DNA of 64,000 bases, from contig JAOUHN010000002.1 of the NCBI GenBank assembly GCA_029865125.1, positions 713 through 64,712 of the forward strand, read 5' to 3'. The notes beneath the pieces were generated by a model. That model saw nothing but the letters and a program-made list of their open reading frames with translations. It ran no database searches and was not told the DNA's origin. Shown here piece by piece: positions 18,634-28,522 of the stretch. A program made the translations under genes and the position numbers. Numbering within the stretch: position 1 is the first letter of the stretch; each line of letters opens with the position of its first letter. The stretch is from Candidatus Moraniibacteriota bacterium (lineage in GTDB: Bacteria > Patescibacteriota > Minisyncoccia > Moranbacterales > UBA9337).

Positions 18634-19176
18634 TTATCTTTTTAGGCAAAATAGCAAGAAAAGAAAGCTAAATCCCGCTAATCCTAGTAATAGCACCAAT
18701 GTGACATATATCACTAGGCCCTTTTCATGTTCGGGCTGAAATATTAGAGTTTTCTTTTCAATGTCGAGTCTTGGATTTCCAAATGCCACACTTCCTGACA
18801 AAAATCCTTGTTTGAGGAAAATTTTCTTAGGATAGGCGAATCTTTCTGTGAATCCCCGGACATTTTCGCTGCATAAAGCAGTGTAGATAACCTGATATTC
18901 TCTAGAGCAATCGCAAGTATCGATCGTGACGTAATCACAGCTTTTTGAGTTAATAAGGGATTTAAAAAGCTGATTGTCGTTGTAGTTAATGTCCGCTTTT
19001 CTCAGACTAACCTTGTCAGAATATTGAGGCGGAACAAAGACATCAAATGAAATGTTTTGAAATTCTTGTTTTACAAGGTTTTTTTCATTATTGATGTATG
19101 CGAAGGTCGCAAAAAAAGAACATATAGAACATATTAGGCAAATTGCAATTATGACTATTTTAGTAGATTTCTTCAT
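18634..19176 (-). CDS. Hypothetical two-TM protein (paralog of 17202-17735)
   Basis: Start reassigned to MKKSTK after SD-like gggagag; TM at both ends. Confidence 0.75.
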   Translation of the reverse strand: MKKSTKIVIIAICLICSICSFFATFAYINNEKNLVKQEFQNISFDVFVPPQYSDKVSLRKADINYNDNQLFKSLINSKSCDYVTIDTCDCSREYQVIYTALCSENVRGFTERFAYPKKIFLKQGFLSGSVAFGNPRLDIEKKTLIFQPEHEKGLVIYVTLVLLLGLAGFSFLFLLFCLKR

Positions 19177-19292
19177 GGCGCTCTCCCTGTTGGATATTGA
19201 GTTGTAAAATTTACTTTCTGACTTTATTGTCAGATAGGATAGTATCGCATAAAACCGGTTATTTTGCAAGAAGAAAAAGGATATTCTTTGCA

Positions 19293-19392
19293 TCATGTTC
19301 CATGTTTTAAGTTATATGTTCCATGCTATGTGTTCCATGCAATGCGTCCTATGCTTAGAGCTTTTGACTTTAAGGACTTTCATCTTTTGACT
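19293..19392 (-). repeat. Reverse-oriented CATGGAA 7-mer array followed by a GACTTT array
   Basis: tcatgttccatgttttaagttatatgttccatgctatgtgttccatgc; cttttgactttaaggactttcatcttttgact. Confidence 0.7.
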
Positions 19393-19398
19393 CAGGTA

Positions 19399-19427
19399 TT
19401 GACATATTTTTTTTTGTCATGTATAAT
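19399..19427 (+). promoter_or_regulatory. Consensus sigma70 promoter of the csoR-RND operon
   Basis: TTGACA-17bp-TATAAT perfect match. Confidence 0.85.
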
Positions 19428-19432
19428 ACCAA

Positions 19433-19449
19433 TACCTATGGTGTAGGTA
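19433..19449. promoter_or_regulatory. Putative CsoR-family operator
   Basis: tacctatggtgtaggta dyad (TACC...GGTA type) near the predicted +1, upstream of a CsoR-family gene. Confidence 0.65.
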
Positions 19450-19524
19450 CTGTGATGAACAAAAACACAGCACCCTATTTAATGTTAATAAGCAGAAATA
19501 AGAGTTAACTAGTTCAGTCGTGTT

Positions 19525-19736
19525 TGTCATTCCGAAAAGTGTAATTTCTTGGACGATCCGCCAGCAGGCGGAAAAAAATAGTTTATCCGGCCTGTCTCGT
19601 AGCCAAGGCGGAAATCCATCCTTCATTGATTGCAGTGAATAACAACGGGTTGAAGTTATATTAAGAATGGATCCCGGATAAACTATTTCTCTAAAACTCA
19701 TTCTTCGTTTTGAGAAATATGTTTTCCGGGATGACA
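19525..19736. repeat. Expanded TGTCA REP-like element in the csoR leader
   Basis: tgtcattccg...ggatcccggataaac...ttttccgggatgaca ends; contains ccgccagcaggcgg mini-hairpin. Confidence 0.7.
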
Positions 19737-19785
19737 AAAAAATAGTCTGTTTTATAAGTAATAATTTTTTAACTTTAAAAATAAT

Positions 19786-20061
19786 ATGAGTCAAAAACAA
19801 TCAGTTGATAAACAAAAGGTTTTAATTGCTCTCAAAAAAGCAAGAACCAGCTTGGACAAGATCATTGAAATGCTTGAGGGAGACAAGAAGTGTTTTGATG
19901 TAATTCAACAAAATTTGGCCGTGATCGGGCTTTTGAAGTCTGCAAATCTCAGCATTCTGGAGAAACATTTGAATGAGTGTGATGCTCTTCAATCAAGCAA
20001 GAAAAGCAAAGATTTAGTGAGGGACATTTTGAAGGTGGTGAACACTGCACAAAGTAAATAG
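19786..20061 (+). CDS. CsoR/RcnR family metal- or sulfur-sensing repressor
   Basis: C-FDVIQQNLAV...EKH-LNE-C (Cys-His-Cys fingerprint). Confidence 0.88.
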   Translation: MSQKQSVDKQKVLIALKKARTSLDKIIEMLEGDKKCFDVIQQNLAVIGLLKSANLSILEKHLNECDALQSSKKSKDLVRDILKVVNTAQSK

Positions 20062-20104
20062 ACGTGCGTAGGAATATTAAATTTAATTAATTCTCACGTA
20101 AGCA

Positions 20105-20190
20105 TGTCATTCTGAACTTGATTCAGAATCCCGAGATAATGTTGAGTGCGCGCGGATATAGGGGGATCCTGAAACAAGTTCAGGATGACA
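20105..20190. repeat. TGTCA REP-like doublet
   Basis: Right arm gggatcctgaaacaagttcaggatgaca identical to the GIY-YIG element right end. Confidence 0.92.
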
Positions 20191-20233
20191 CAATATCGCA
20201 CGATGGTTAATTTAACTATAAATTTATCAATTT

Positions 20234-21397
20234 ATGAATAAGAAAATAATTTTTTTGGTAGGGATAGTTTTGATTGGGGGATACTTCTCTTCCCAGGTTT
20301 TTGGTGATGAGAAAAAAGAAGAGACAGTTTTCAAAAATGTGCGTGTTTCAAAAATTGAAAACAAGGATGTTTTGAGTACAAGAGATTTTTCCGGAGTTGT
20401 GAAAGCTGAGAATGAAACCATGATTTCTCCAAAGATTTCTGGCTATGTGCTGGAAATGAAGAAAAAAGAAGGAGATTTTGTCAGAAAAGGAGAAGTTTTA
20501 GCTGTCATTGATGGTGATGATGTGCTTCTTCAAAACAATGTGGCTTTTCAAAATGTGAATGCTACTCAGAAAGTTTTGAAGGAAGCAGATGATTATTACA
20601 GTCAATTGGTTTCTGAAACCAGAGCAGCCGTGGCCGTTTCTAAAAAAGAATATTTGTCAGTGAAAAATGATAGCTCTGCAAGTGACAGTGAAATTGCAAT
20701 TGCCAAAAAGGGATATGAGCAAGCTCAAGAGTCTTTGGATAGTGCAAAAAAAGCGAAGGATTTGCAACTTGAATCAGCCAAGGCTAATTTGACTGCAGTT
20801 ATGGGTCAAGCAAGTATTTTTCAAAATCAAGCTCAAAAAACAAGTGTAGTTGCGCCGTATTCCGGAGTGATCACAAGAAAAATGGCAAACATTGGAGACA
20901 TGGTTTCTCCTTCAAGAGCGGTGTATGAAATTGCAGTCAATGAGAAAAAGGAAGTGGAGATTTTTGTTCCAGCTCTTTTGGCGAGAAATTTACAAGTTGG
21001 ACAAGCAGTGAGTTTGGTAGCTGAAAGTCAAAGTGAAAAAGTGGAAGGAAAAATCGTTGCAATTAGCCCTTCTGCTGATAGGCTTTCAAGAAAAGCATCT
21101 GTGAGAATTTCTGTTGAAAATGATTTGATTCTTGGAGAATTTGTTGTAGTGAGTTTGCCTTCTGGTGACGCTTTGAATGCAATTGTTGTTGAAAAGAAAG
21201 CAGTTGTGAGTGAATATTATGACAAATTTGTTTTTGTTCTTGAAGATGGAGTTGTTCGAAAAAAGAAAGTTGAATTAGGTCAAGAAAGTGGCGAATTTGT
21301 AGAGGTTTTGAGCGGCGCTAATGAAAGTGATGAAGTTGTCACCGAAGGTCAGTTCTATTTGAGAGACAGAGACTTGGTGAAAGTTATTACAAACTAG
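20234..21397 (+). CDS. RND efflux membrane fusion protein
   Basis: ISPKISGYV, GDFVRKGEVL, VVAPYSGVI, coiled-coil hairpin. Confidence 0.9.
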   Translation: MNKKIIFLVGIVLIGGYFSSQVFGDEKKEETVFKNVRVSKIENKDVLSTRDFSGVVKAENETMISPKISGYVLEMKKKEGDFVRKGEVLAVIDGDDVLLQNNVAFQNVNATQKVLKEADDYYSQLVSETRAAVAVSKKEYLSVKNDSSASDSEIAIAKKGYEQAQESLDSAKKAKDLQLESAKANLTAVMGQASIFQNQAQKTSVVAPYSGVITRKMANIGDMVSPSRAVYEIAVNEKKEVEIFVPALLARNLQVGQAVSLVAESQSEKVEGKIVAISPSADRLSRKASVRISVENDLILGEFVVVSLPSGDALNAIVVEKKAVVSEYYDKFVFVLEDGVVRKKKVELGQESGEFVEVLSGANESDEVVTEGQFYLRDRDLVKVITN

Positions 21398-21426
21398 ATG
21401 AAATTATTATTTAATACAAGCAAGTT

Positions 21427-24400
21427 ATGAATATAGAAAATAAATTAGGCTTAGCTGGAAAATTAGCAAAAATTTTTATTATCAATAAAGAATTGAGTGT
21501 GATTACGATTGTTGCTCTTTTTGCTTGGGGAATTTTCAGTTTTGTGATTATGCCAAAGCAATACAATCCAGAAATTGTTGCGCCAGCTTTCAATATTGTC
21601 ACTGAATTTCCAGGGGCAAGCAGTAGTGAGGTATATGAGCTCATCACACGTCCAATGGAAGACAAGATTCGTGAACTTCCGAAAGTAGACAAAATCATGT
21701 CTCAGTCTAAAAACGGAGGGGCAAGTATTGTGACCGTGCAATATTTTATTGGAGAAAATTTGGAAGATGCGAAGACGGAAATTTCCAAAAAAATTGAAGG
21801 AAATATGGATCTGAAACCGTTGGGTGCAAATGACCCAATCATCAAATCAATTGATCCGGATGATGTTCCTATTATCACAATTGGAATTACTTCTGAAAGT
21901 CTCTCGATGGAATCTTTGCGAGCGCTAGCTTTTGATGTCAAAGATGAATTGAAACTCGTTCAAGGAATCTCTCGAGTGGATGTGAAAGGAGGACTCAAAA
22001 AAGAACTGAAAGTTTCTCTAGATGAATCAAAAATGTCTTTCTATGGAATTTCTGTTTCTAGTGTTTTGAATGGAATTAGTGCGAATAATTTAAGTTTTCG
22101 AGGCGGTGAAATTGACGGAAATAAACTTAATCAAGAAATTGAGGTTGCTGGAGATATTGCAGGTGAAGAGGATCTCAAAAAAATTGTTGTTGGAAACCTA
22201 GAAGGAAAAATAATTTATCTTGAAGATGTTGCGAATATTGATTATGGAACGGAAAGAATTGACAGTTTTGTTCGTTTTTCTGAAAAAGAAAAGGATTCAA
22301 AAAACGCTGTGTATGTTGCTGTTTCAAAAATCAAAGGAACAAATGCGACACGAGTTTCTGGAGATATCGAAAATAAGATCAGTGAATTGCAAAACAGCAA
22401 AAGAATTTCATCTGAAGTTTCATTTGAAATTCTTCGAAATGATGGAAGAGTTGCTGGAGAAGAGGTTAAAAAACTTACTTCCAATCTGTTTGCTTCCGTA
22501 GCCATCGTTTCCTTTGTGTTGTTCTTGTTTTTGGGATGGAGAAGTGCGCTTGTTGTTGCCATTGCAATTCCTCTTACTCTCGCAGCTGTTTTTGGAGTGG
22601 GAAGTTTAGCAGGGCAAACAGTAAACAGAATCACTTTGTTTGCGCTCATTTTGTCACTGGGACTTTTGGTGGATAGTGCAACGGTAGTTGTTGAAAATAT
22701 TTTCAGAATGATTGCAAAAGACAAAAAAAGAAATCATGAAGAAATTGCGATTTTGGCAGTAGACGAAGTTGGAAATGGACTTATTATGTCAACTCTCACA
22801 ACCGTTTTGGCTTTCTATCCCATGGCGTTTGTGACAGGAATGATGGGGCCATACATGGGACCAATTCCATTTTTTGTTCCAGCAGCACTCATTGCTTCAA
22901 CTTTGATTGCGTTTACGATTAATCCTTTTTTGGCTAGTGTTTTGGCGAGCAGAAAAAAAATATCTGAAGAAAAAAAGAATAATTTTTTCTTGAATTTTTC
23001 TGAAACACTAAAAAAGAAATATAGAAAAGTATTGGAAAATATTTTGGATAATCAAAAACTTAGAAAAAAGATTTTAATTCTTACTATAATTCTTTTTGTA
23101 ATTTCAATGATGCTTCCTGCTGTGGGAATTGTGAAATTTCGAATGCTTCCGAAGGCTGACAAAGAGCAGTTTTATGTGTATCTAGATTTGCCTGAAAACA
23201 TTTCAGTGGAAGAAACCGACAAGATTTCAAGAGAGGTTGAATCAATCATTTTTGAAGAAAATGAAGTGAAAAGCATTCAGAGTTTTGTGGGCGAGTCTCA
23301 GGTAGTTGATTTCAATGGACTTTTCAAGGGAAGTGATTCTAGAATTGGAGAAAATCAAGCAACTCTCAGAGTGAATTTGACTCATCCAGAAAACAGAAAC
23401 ACAAATTCAGAGAAATTAGTGATTGAATTGAGAAAAAAACTTGTTCGAGAAACACAGAAATATCCTGACCTCAGAATCAAGTTGGTTGAAGATCCTCCAG
23501 GGCCTCCTGTGCTTTCAACTTTCCTGATCAAAATTCAAGGAAATGATGAAGCTGTTCTCAAAAATATTGCGCTAGACATTGAAAATATGGCGTTTGAAAT
23601 TGATGAAGTTGTTGACGTGGATAGCACTCTCAATGAAAAAGGTTTGAGTTATGTTTATGAAATTAACAAAGAAAAAGCTAACTTATCCGGAGTTTCTTCA
23701 GCAGAAATAATCCAAACTCTTCAAGCAGTTTTTTCTGAAATTCCTGTCGGATTGTATCATGAAAATGAAAATGATGAGGTTCGAAAAGCAGAGAGAGAAT
23801 TTATTGTGGTGAGTTTTGGGGACGAGGACAGAGATGAAAAGAAAGATCTTGATAAGATTTTTGTTGTAAGCAGAAGCTCCGAAAAAATTCCTCTATCTGA
23901 ATTGCTTGTTAAAAAAGATTTTCAAAATTCCGGAACAATTTTTTCTGATCAGAGAAAGAGAACGGTGTATGTTTCTGCTGAAATGGGAGAGCGAAGTGTG
24001 ACATATGGTGCAATTGATGGACTCAAAAAATTAGTTCAATATCGTTTGCCAAATGGAAAAGGAGAGCTGGTCTCATGGTCTTTGTTTGGAGCGACTTATC
24101 GCGATGAAGAGACAGGAGAAACTTTTGATATTTTGATTGATGGAGAATGGAAGTTAACCCTGGAAGTTTTCAGGGATCTGGGTCTTGCCATGGCTGTAGC
24201 CGTGTTTCTCATTTATTTCGTGCTGGTTGCACAATTCAAGTCAGCAACAATTCCTTTGTTGGTGATGGGAACAATTCCTCTTGCAATGATTGGAGTTCTT
24301 CCTGGATTTGCGATTCTTGGATGGGTTAATGGAATGTATTTCAATGCTACATCAATGATTGGAGTGATTGCACTTGCTGGAATTGTTGTGAACAATGCAA

Positions 24401-24672
24401 TCATCCTTTTGGAATATATTGGAGATTTGAAAAAAGAGAACAAAGGAATTCGCGAAGCACTTCTAGACGCGGGACAGACAAGATTCATGCCGATTATGCT
24501 TACTTCCGCAACCACTATTTTGGGATCACTCACGATTATTAGTGACCCGGTTTGGGCGGGACTTGCTTGGGCAATTGCATTGGGACTTTCACTGTCATCA
24601 TTTCTGACGCTGATTATTTTTCCGATACTATATTTCATGTTTGAAGAGAAAAATTGGGAAGGTGAGAAGTGA
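21427..24672 (+). CDS. RND efflux permease (AcrB/CusA superfamily)
   Basis: 1081 aa; GLLVDSATVVVENI, GIVVNNAIIL, RFMPIMLTS. Confidence 0.95.
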   Translation: MNIENKLGLAGKLAKIFIINKELSVITIVALFAWGIFSFVIMPKQYNPEIVAPAFNIVTEFPGASSSEVYELITRPMEDKIRELPKVDKIMSQSKNGGASIVTVQYFIGENLEDAKTEISKKIEGNMDLKPLGANDPIIKSIDPDDVPIITIGITSESLSMESLRALAFDVKDELKLVQGISRVDVKGGLKKELKVSLDESKMSFYGISVSSVLNGISANNLSFRGGEIDGNKLNQEIEVAGDIAGEEDLKKIVVGNLEGKIIYLEDVANIDYGTERIDSFVRFSEKEKDSKNAVYVAVSKIKGTNATRVSGDIENKISELQNSKRISSEVSFEILRNDGRVAGEEVKKLTSNLFASVAIVSFVLFLFLGWRSALVVAIAIPLTLAAVFGVGSLAGQTVNRITLFALILSLGLLVDSATVVVENIFRMIAKDKKRNHEEIAILAVDEVGNGLIMSTLTTVLAFYPMAFVTGMMGPYMGPIPFFVPAALIASTLIAFTINPFLASVLASRKKISEEKKNNFFLNFSETLKKKYRKVLENILDNQKLRKKILILTIILFVISMMLPAVGIVKFRMLPKADKEQFYVYLDLPENISVEETDKISREVESIIFEENEVKSIQSFVGESQVVDFNGLFKGSDSRIGENQATLRVNLTHPENRNTNSEKLVIELRKKLVRETQKYPDLRIKLVEDPPGPPVLSTFLIKIQGNDEAVLKNIALDIENMAFEIDEVVDVDSTLNEKGLSYVYEINKEKANLSGVSSAEIIQTLQAVFSEIPVGLYHENENDEVRKAEREFIVVSFGDEDRDEKKDLDKIFVVSRSSEKIPLSELLVKKDFQNSGTIFSDQRKRTVYVSAEMGERSVTYGAIDGLKKLVQYRLPNGKGELVSWSLFGATYRDEETGETFDILIDGEWKLTLEVFRDLGLAMAVAVFLIYFVLVAQFKSATIPLLVMGTIPLAMIGVLPGFAILGWVNGMYFNATSMIGVIALAGIVVNNAIILLEYIGDLKKENKGIREALLDAGQTRFMPIMLTSATTILGSLTIISDPVWAGLAWAIALGLSLSSFLTLIIFPILYFMFEEKNWEGEK

Positions 24673-24761
24673 GATTTGAGAGATGTGAATTGAGAAAATA
24701 CCCTTTTATGTTTTCCGGGATGACATTGTTAGCGTAAGAAATAATAATTAACTAAAATACT

Positions 24762-24977
24762 ATGTACAAATTAGACACAACAAAATGGACAGTTGAAAGA
24801 ATCATGTTTTTGATTGCGGGAATTTTTATTTTCGGATCACTCGTGCTTTCAATGATTGCAGTTCACGGATTTTTCTATTTCGCAATGTTTGTGGGAGCAA
24901 TGCTCATCATTTTTTCACTGACAGGATTTTGTCCAATGGCGATTATGGTAGACAAGATAAAGTCACGGAACATGTAG
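24762..24977 (+). CDS. DUF2892 (YgaP-like) small membrane protein
   Basis: WTVER.MFLIAG, two TM helices, TGFCP motif. Confidence 0.85.
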   Translation: MYKLDTTKWTVERIMFLIAGIFIFGSLVLSMIAVHGFFYFAMFVGAMLIIFSLTGFCPMAIMVDKIKSRNM

Positions 24978-25026
24978 CACGAAACATGGAACAAAAATCC
25001 AAAAGGTGCATCCCCCAGCCAAAATT

Positions 25027-25056
25027 AACGGCTCACACTGGTAGTGTGAGCCGTTG
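25027..25056 (+). terminator. Terminator hairpin after the efflux operon
   Basis: aacggctcacactggtagtgtgagccgtt. Confidence 0.7.
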
Positions 25057-25198
25057 AAAATTATCATGATTAATGTTTTTTGAGTGAAAGAGTCTTGATA
25101 AATTTGAAATTATCGTCTAGGCTTAGTCTAAGTTTTAATTGTTCTTTTTTACTGTGATTTAATAAATATATTTCATATTCAACCTAGGGAGAGATGGT

Positions 25199-26023
25199 AT
25201 GAATTCAATGGCACTTGAATTATATTTGAAAGAAATTCAATTTGATTTATTGGACTATGAGAGAGAAAGAGAGCTACTAGTTAGAAAAAGTCAGGGGGAT
25301 GAAAAAGCTTTCAATATTCTTTTTAATCATCACTTGCAATTAGTTGTCAGTATTGCTAGAAAGTTTGAGTCGTTTGCTAGAGAAAATGGTGGCATGGATT
25401 TCGAAGACTTAATTCAAGCCGGAAACATAAGCTTGATAACAGCCATTAGAAGGTTTGATGTTGATCAAAGAACCAACACACTAGCTGCCTATGCTGCTTG
25501 GTGGATTCGGGATGGTATACTGAGTGAAATTGCTGATCAGAGTAGCACAATCAGGATTCCCAAACATCTTTATTGGGATGCTCGAAAAATTTCTAAGGAA
25601 ATGGGTGATGAAGAAGAATATGAAGCTCATGAGATTGCCGATTTCTTAGGGATTACAGAGGGAGCAGCAGAGCGTGCTCTAAAGTTTCTGAATAATGATT
25701 ATGCAATTGTGTCGTTGGATACGCCGGTTGCTAATGGAGAATCTTTTTTGGGTGATCTCATAGAAGGTAATTATGCTTCACCGGAGGAAGTGATTGAACT
25801 AAAAAACTTAGATGAGACCCTTTGTAAAGCACTTAAGCGTGTTGTAGCAAGAAGCAGGAAGCCCAAAAGGGATTTTGATATCTTTGTGATGCGGACAACA
25901 AAGGATAGAACTTTTCAAGATATTGCGAATGAAGTTGGGATGACCCATGAAAGAATCCGACAAATCCAAGATAAGATCATAGAAGACATCCAGGATGACC
26001 TGAGGCTTCAGGGAGCACTGTGA
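25199..26023 (+). CDS. Alternative sigma-70 family RNA polymerase sigma factor (regions 1.2-4)
   Basis: LYLKEI, LVVSIARK, DLIQAGN, YAAWWIR, TIRIP, SLDTP, THERIRQI. Confidence 0.9.
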   Translation: MNSMALELYLKEIQFDLLDYERERELLVRKSQGDEKAFNILFNHHLQLVVSIARKFESFARENGGMDFEDLIQAGNISLITAIRRFDVDQRTNTLAAYAAWWIRDGILSEIADQSSTIRIPKHLYWDARKISKEMGDEEEYEAHEIADFLGITEGAAERALKFLNNDYAIVSLDTPVANGESFLGDLIEGNYASPEEVIELKNLDETLCKALKRVVARSRKPKRDFDIFVMRTTKDRTFQDIANEVGMTHERIRQIQDKIIEDIQDDLRLQGAL

Positions 26024-26037
26024 TAATTGCAGGCGTG

Positions 26038-26074
26038 GTTCGCCTTCCAATCTGGTGGGAGGCGAACTTTTTTA
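26038..26074 (+). terminator. Intrinsic terminator after the sigma gene
   Basis: gttcgccttcca...tgggaggcgaac followed by a T-run. Confidence 0.8.
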
Positions 26075-26140
26075 TTGCATAAATTTGGCTGTTGCATTAA
26101 AAATGCTATATACTAAATACAAAACACTAAACACAAAATA

Positions 26141-26710
26141 ATGATTGCAAAATTGACTGGGAAAATTGAATATGTCAAAAACAACTATGTTGTGATTGAT
26201 GTTAATGGTGTTGGGTATAAAGTGCATGTTACTGATTTTACTTTTGGTAGTATTGCTGGCAAAGAAGATGTGAGTGTCTTTGTGTATACCTACGTTAGAG
26301 AAGATACACTAGCGTTGTATGGATTTTTGGAATTGGCGGAAAAAGAAATGTTTGAACTTTTGATTTCAATTTCAGGAATTGGTCCAAAGGCGGCGCTTGG
26401 AATTCTTTCAATTGCGCCTCCAAAGACAATCAAAGCGGCAATTTTGAACGAAGATTCTTCAATTTTGACAAGAGTTTCAGGTGTTGGAAAAAAGACTGCA
26501 GAAAGAGTGATTCGCGAGCTTCAAGGAAAGGTGGATGGGTTAGACATTGAAGACACTGAAAAACTCATTGCCGACAGTGACGCTGTGGATGCACTGGTTT
26601 CAATGGGATATTCTGTCACAGAGGCGCGAGAAGCGCTCAAAAACGTTTCTCCTGACATTTCGGATGTTGGAGAGAGAGTGAAAGCGGCACTTAGGAATGT
26701 AGGAAGTTAG
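26141..26710 (+). CDS. ruvA: Holliday junction branch migration protein RuvA
   Basis: VNGVGY, VRED..LYGF, ISGIGPKAAL, GVGKKTAER, ALVSMGY. Confidence 0.97.
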   Translation: MIAKLTGKIEYVKNNYVVIDVNGVGYKVHVTDFTFGSIAGKEDVSVFVYTYVREDTLALYGFLELAEKEMFELLISISGIGPKAALGILSIAPPKTIKAAILNEDSSILTRVSGVGKKTAERVIRELQGKVDGLDIEDTEKLIADSDAVDALVSMGYSVTEAREALKNVSPDISDVGERVKAALRNVGS

Positions 26711-26791
26711 GGGTAGCATTAAATTAACATTGAGCTGCTAGATGGTCTAATGAGATTTTGAATAAAGCAAAATCAAAACTCAAAAATCAAA

Positions 26792-27176
26792 ATGCAAAAC
26801 CACAACTCAAAAATCAAAAATGATTTAAAATTAAGATGCTATAATTTTTTCAATAAGAATCATAAGGTTTGCAGAAGATTTCCCGCAAAAAAGAATATTT
26901 TGGATTATCACTGATCAACTGCTGAGGTCGACAACTTCCGTTGGGGCAAACACAATAGAAGCAAAAGCTGCTAGTTCAAAAAGAGATTTTATTAAATTTT
27001 TTGAAATAGCATTAAAATCAGCCAATGAAGCAAAATATTGGCTAGGGATTCTAAGGGACAGTACTGATTTTGGAGAAAAAAATAAAGTTAAAATAAATAA
27101 TTATTTAAAAGAATTAGAAGAAATATCTAAAATGCTTGGAGCAAGTCTCCTCACTCTAAAAAACAAAAGAAAATAA
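26792..27176 (+). pseudogene. Four-helix-bundle protein with +1 frameshift in a T6 run (not in ORF track)
   Basis: MQNHNSKIKNDLKLRCYNF then shifted frame SIRIIRFAEDF...DQLLRSTTSVGANTIEAKAASSKRDFIKFFEIALKSANEAKYWL...SKMLGASLLTLKNKRK*; length 385 = 3n+1. Confidence 0.85.
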
Positions 27177-27289
27177 GTTTTAAGTTTTTTTATTGTGATT
27201 TTGAGTTTTGAGATTTGAATTTTGAGTTAAAAAATTGTAAAAATAAACTTAGATATAATAAGAATAAAATTTATAATAAAATTTCGTGT

Positions 27290-28360
27290 ATGTTAGAAAA
27301 GTCTACACAATTTATTCAAAATAATTCTCCGGACGGAGGGTTTTTGCAGTCGGATGAATGGAAAGATTTCCAGGAGAGTACTGGAAAAAAATCTTTTCAT
27401 GTCTCTTTGGATTGCTTTTGGGCGAATGCTTTTTTACATGAGCTTCCTTTGGTTGGGAAATATCTATATGTTCCGAGAGGACCTGTTTTGAATGTTTCTT
27501 TCGGGTCATGTTGTGAGTGCGGTCAAAAAGGAATTTTGGAGCTTTTGAGAATTGCCAAAAAAGAAAATTGTGGTTGGATTCGAATAGACATTGCAAGTGA
27601 AAAAGAATTGAGATTTTTGAAAAAAATCAAAGGTTTGAAAATCAAAAAAGCTCCGCATGATGTGCAGCCAAAACAGATTTTTGTGATTGACATTGATGGG
27701 AGTGAAGAGGAGATTTTGTCTGAAATGAAGCCAAAAACGAGATACAATATTCGTTTGGCACAGAAAAAAGGAGTTGAAATTGAAAGCGTGGACCGCAACT
27801 CGGATAAGTTGGAGGAATTTTTGAGTGAATTTTTGAGACTGACTGATGTGATGGCTAAGAGAAGTGGAATTACAACTCACTCAAAGGAATATTACAAAAA
27901 AATGTTGAAAAATATTTCAGAAAACAATCTGAGATTGTACACAGGAAAATTTGAAGGAAAAATTATTTCAGCAGCGCTTATTTCTTTTTATGGGAACACC
28001 GCGACATATCTTCATGGAGGGAGTGATGATGAGGCAAGAAATGTGATGGCGCCATTTCTTCTTCACTGGCAAGCCATTTTGGATGCAAAAGAAAAAGGTT
28101 ACAAAAGATATGATTTTGGAGGAGTGAAAACTTCAGTTGATGAAAGCGGAAAGGTGAAAATACAGAAGTCACCCTGGGAAGGAATTTCCAGATTTAAACT
28201 TGGTTTTTCAAAAAACAAAAAACCCTTGAATTTTTCAGGGAGTTATGATATAGTGGTCGGAAGTCATAAATATGGCTTGTATAGGTTCCTCCAGAGAACG
28301 AAGGAACTTTTTGTTTTCCTGGAGCTTGTTCAAAATCTCCGTATTCTACTGCGAAAATAA
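27290..28360 (+). CDS. FemAB/FemX-family peptidoglycan bridge aminoacyltransferase
   Basis: FLQS.EW..F, YVPRGP, KTRYNIRLA.KKGV, YLHGGS, YDFGG, RFKLGF; last codons supplied by a MITE. Confidence 0.9.
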   Translation: MLEKSTQFIQNNSPDGGFLQSDEWKDFQESTGKKSFHVSLDCFWANAFLHELPLVGKYLYVPRGPVLNVSFGSCCECGQKGILELLRIAKKENCGWIRIDIASEKELRFLKKIKGLKIKKAPHDVQPKQIFVIDIDGSEEEILSEMKPKTRYNIRLAQKKGVEIESVDRNSDKLEEFLSEFLRLTDVMAKRSGITTHSKEYYKKMLKNISENNLRLYTGKFEGKIISAALISFYGNTATYLHGGSDDEARNVMAPFLLHWQAILDAKEKGYKRYDFGGVKTSVDESGKVKIQKSPWEGISRFKLGFSKNKKPLNFSGSYDIVVGSHKYGLYRFLQRTKELFVFLELVQNLRILLRK

Positions 28361-28481
28361 AATTTCGGCTGCAAAATACATAAAGTTCGTTGGATTATCT
28401 CTAATAGTCCTGCCTCAATTTCTGTATTTTTCGCCAGAAATTTTAATTTCTCGTTACGAAAGAGAGATTATGAACAAGCTC
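28322..28481. mobile_element. ~160-bp MITE-like element, copy 2 (overlaps the femAB-like 3' end)
   Basis: gagcttgttca...tgaacaagctc TIR; internal homology to 8600-8760. Confidence 0.85.
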
Positions 28482-28522
28482 TTTAAAAAAGTAGTGACGA
28501 ATCATCAAAGGAGGTGATCCAA

